A stretch of DNA of 48,701 bases from a virus (lineage: Duplodnaviria; Heunggongvirae; Uroviricota; Caudoviricetes), in the IMG/VR virus record IMGVR_UViG_3300046460_000418. One strand, written 5' to 3'. The notes under the pieces were generated by a model. That model was not told the DNA's origin and searched no databases. It saw only the letters and a program-made list of their open reading frames with translations. Shown here in pieces: positions 47,220 through 48,701 of the stretch. The first letter of the stretch is position 1. The number at the start of each line of letters is the position of its first letter. The translations under genes and the position numbers were made by a program.

Positions 47220-47309
47220 TTCGAATGCAGCGCCGGTCGTCTATCGGTTAGGACGCCCCCGGTCAGGGGGTAAGATGGGTTCGATTCCCATCCGGAAGCT
47301 GCATTCGAA
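47220..47309 (+). ncRNA. tRNA-like RNA with 5-nt anticodon loop and 12-bp acceptor extension
   Basis: D-arm identical (18 nt) to tRNA-Glu(CUC); CCCCC-GGTCA-GGGGG; ATGGG-TTCGATT-CCCAT; TTCGAATGCAGC/GCTGCATTCGAA. Confidence 0.65.
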
Positions 47310-47317
47310 ACCAGATT

Positions 47318-47391
47318 GGCCACGTCGCCCAGTGGTAGGGCACCTCACTGTCGATGAGGTTCTCGGGAGTTCGCTCTCCTCGTGGCCGCCA
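47318..47391 (+). tRNA. Variant tRNA-Asp(GUC) with 6-nt T-loop
   Basis: Acceptor GGCCACG/CGTGGCC, CCTCA-CTGTCGA-TGAGG, GGGAG-TTCGCT-CTCCT, GCCA. Confidence 0.75.
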
Positions 47392-47480
47392 TTTCCTCGT
47401 AGTTCACCATTGACGACAGCTTACGAGTTGTCCCTCGACAGTATCCGGCAAACTACGTTCTGCGCGAAAGCATTATACGA

Positions 47481-47516
47481 CGGCACCCCATAAATTACTT
47501 GGGGTGCCGCTTCTTT
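47481..47516. terminator. Terminator closing tRNA cluster 2 (probably bidirectional)
   Basis: CGGCACCCCA / TGGGGTGCCG stem followed by CTTCTTT. Confidence 0.75.
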
Positions 47517-47533
47517 CTGGCCTGTGACCTGCC

Positions 47534-48701
47534 TTATGGCTTGGTTCGGTTTGCGGTGACCGTTCTTGGCCCGTTGCCGCCATTGATTACGGTGAACGAC
47601 GGGAGATATTCCCAGTTAAAGCCATCGTTAGAATATCCGACCGTCACCGCTGTCAGGCCTCGGTCTGACGCGCTCGTCTGTACAAAGACGATGGAGTTAA
47701 GGTTTTGAGGCGACGTAAATTTAACATCATTATTGGTTCCTAGATTGAACCCACTGTTGGTAGCTGAGTTTTGGTCAAACAAGTTCGTATTCGTGGTCGT
47801 TGCGATCAATGAATTTATGATTGCACCCGAGCTGTCGTACAGTGTCGCACCTGGGCCACTAGCGTTGTTAAGGCCCGTATTTATCAACCGCCAATACAGG
47901 TGGGTTGTCGTATCAACATTGAAAGTGGTAATGGCGCTCCCAGTTGCCCCGTCAAAGTCATCCGTCACCGATAGAGTCACACTAAAGCTCTGTCCCGTGG
48001 AACCATTGGTGATGGTTGGCGTGCCTGCCAGCTGGCCAGTAGTCGCGTCGAAGGTCAGGCCGGGGGGCAAAGCTAGATAGTTGTAAGTCAGATTTCCGAT
48101 TTTGCCGACTGAAGTTGGTATCGCCAGCTTTCCTGTTCCAGAACTAGGGTAGGAGACATCGGTGTAGAGTTGGACCCCGCCAGCCACCCATGACGGCTTC
48201 AAGGCCGCGTTTAGTGTTACGGTGTAAGTAAATGTACCTTTTCGTCCGAAAGCGTCGGTGACAGTCACAACTACCGTGTATGTTCCTGTAATCGTCGGGT
48301 TTGAGCCCGTGACTTTGCCAGTTGTTGATCCGATTCCAGTCCCGGTTGGCAGTCCTGTTGCGGTGTAGGTTAGAGTCCCGAAAGCATTTTCGAAAAGCGG
48401 AGCTTCGGAAGTGAAGGTCGTCGAAATTCGGCCGATGTAGGCAAGCTTCTGACCCACGACAGCAGAAATAGTGCCAACTGGCGTGATGCCAAACCAGAAT
48501 GGCGTCGTTTGAGCAGAATCGCCCGCACCTGAGGTCACCTTAATCACCATGTCAGTAAAGACGATAGGAGTTGTAGGTGTTCCGGAAATAGTGCCCGTGG
48601 CTGTGTCGAACGACAGGCCATATGGGGAGAGATCGTGATTAATGCTGTAGACGGTACCGGCGTAAATCCACGGCTTACTATTCTTGCTGTCGACCACTGT
48701 C
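47534..48701 (-). CDS. C-terminal part of a second Ig-like repeat surface protein (5'-truncated by the window edge), paralog of 38050..44217
   Basis: KPW..SINHDL..GLSFDTATGTISGTP..PFWFG aligns with KAW..TLNHDI..GLTFDSKLGVISGTA..PFWFG of the first protein. Confidence 0.88.
   Translation of the reverse strand, partial: TVVDSKNSKPWIYAGTVYSINHDLSPYGLSFDTATGTISGTPTTPIVFTDMVIKVTSGAGDSAQTTPFWFGITPVGTISAVVGQKLAYIGRISTTFTSEAPLFENAFGTLTYTATGLPTGTGIGSTTGKVTGSNPTITGTYTVVVTVTDAFGRKGTFTYTVTLNAALKPSWVAGGVQLYTDVSYPSSGTGKLAIPTSVGKIGNLTYNYLALPPGLTFDATTGQLAGTPTITNGSTGQSFSVTLSVTDDFDGATGSAITTFNVDTTTHLYWRLINTGLNNASGPGATLYDSSGAIINSLIATTTNTNLFDQNSATNSGFNLGTNNDVKFTSPQNLNSIVFVQTSASDRGLTAVTVGYSNDGFNWEYLPSFTVINGGNGPRTVTANRTKP

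Noticed and set aside
46912-47309. Y RNA (YrlA) or tmRNA identity for the tRNA-like elements
   Set aside because: Arm order is D then anticodon then T (not the permuted YrlA order), no Ro60/rsr gene is in the window, and tmRNA lacks a D-stem and needs a tag ORF and CCA end.

Overview
Gene-dense 48.7 kb segment of what looks like a large alphaproteobacterial (Rhizobiales-like) extrachromosomal element: megaplasmid, secondary replicon or jumbo-phage-like. No replication, conjugation or virion hallmark genes lie in the window, so the type is not resolved. It carries divergent copies of host-type functions: dNTP supply (thyA-folA-dut, nrdHIEF), repair (mutL, UvrD-like helicase), transcription (RpoH-like and EcfG-like sigma factors, LdtR-like MarR), cell wall (PBP1A) and translation (metG, CCA-adding enzyme, Thg1-like protein, two tRNA clusters). 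It also holds two giant paralogous Ig-like repeat surface proteins, a stand-alone TnpB-like gene, an HNH nuclease, an R2K/Cdc123-like ATP-grasp, a Nudix hydrolase, two ART-fold proteins and many orphans. Most notable signals: (1) a complete Met-sensing leader-peptide attenuator upstream of metG that the ORF track misses; (2) a tRNA system with an all-Lys cluster including a class-II-body tRNA with a Lys anticodon, and an Asp/Glu cluster interleaved with tRNA-like RNAs that keep D/T arms but have broken anticodon arms, both behind a shared promoter block; (3) a recurring short C-terminal tail (..SMLKI, ..SSLKI, ..SGLKM, ..SGFSI, ..PSYGI) on unrelated proteins, resembling a type IV secretion translocation signal; (4) several apparent pseudo-enzymes. 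Family assignments come from motif recognition by eye, not database searches.
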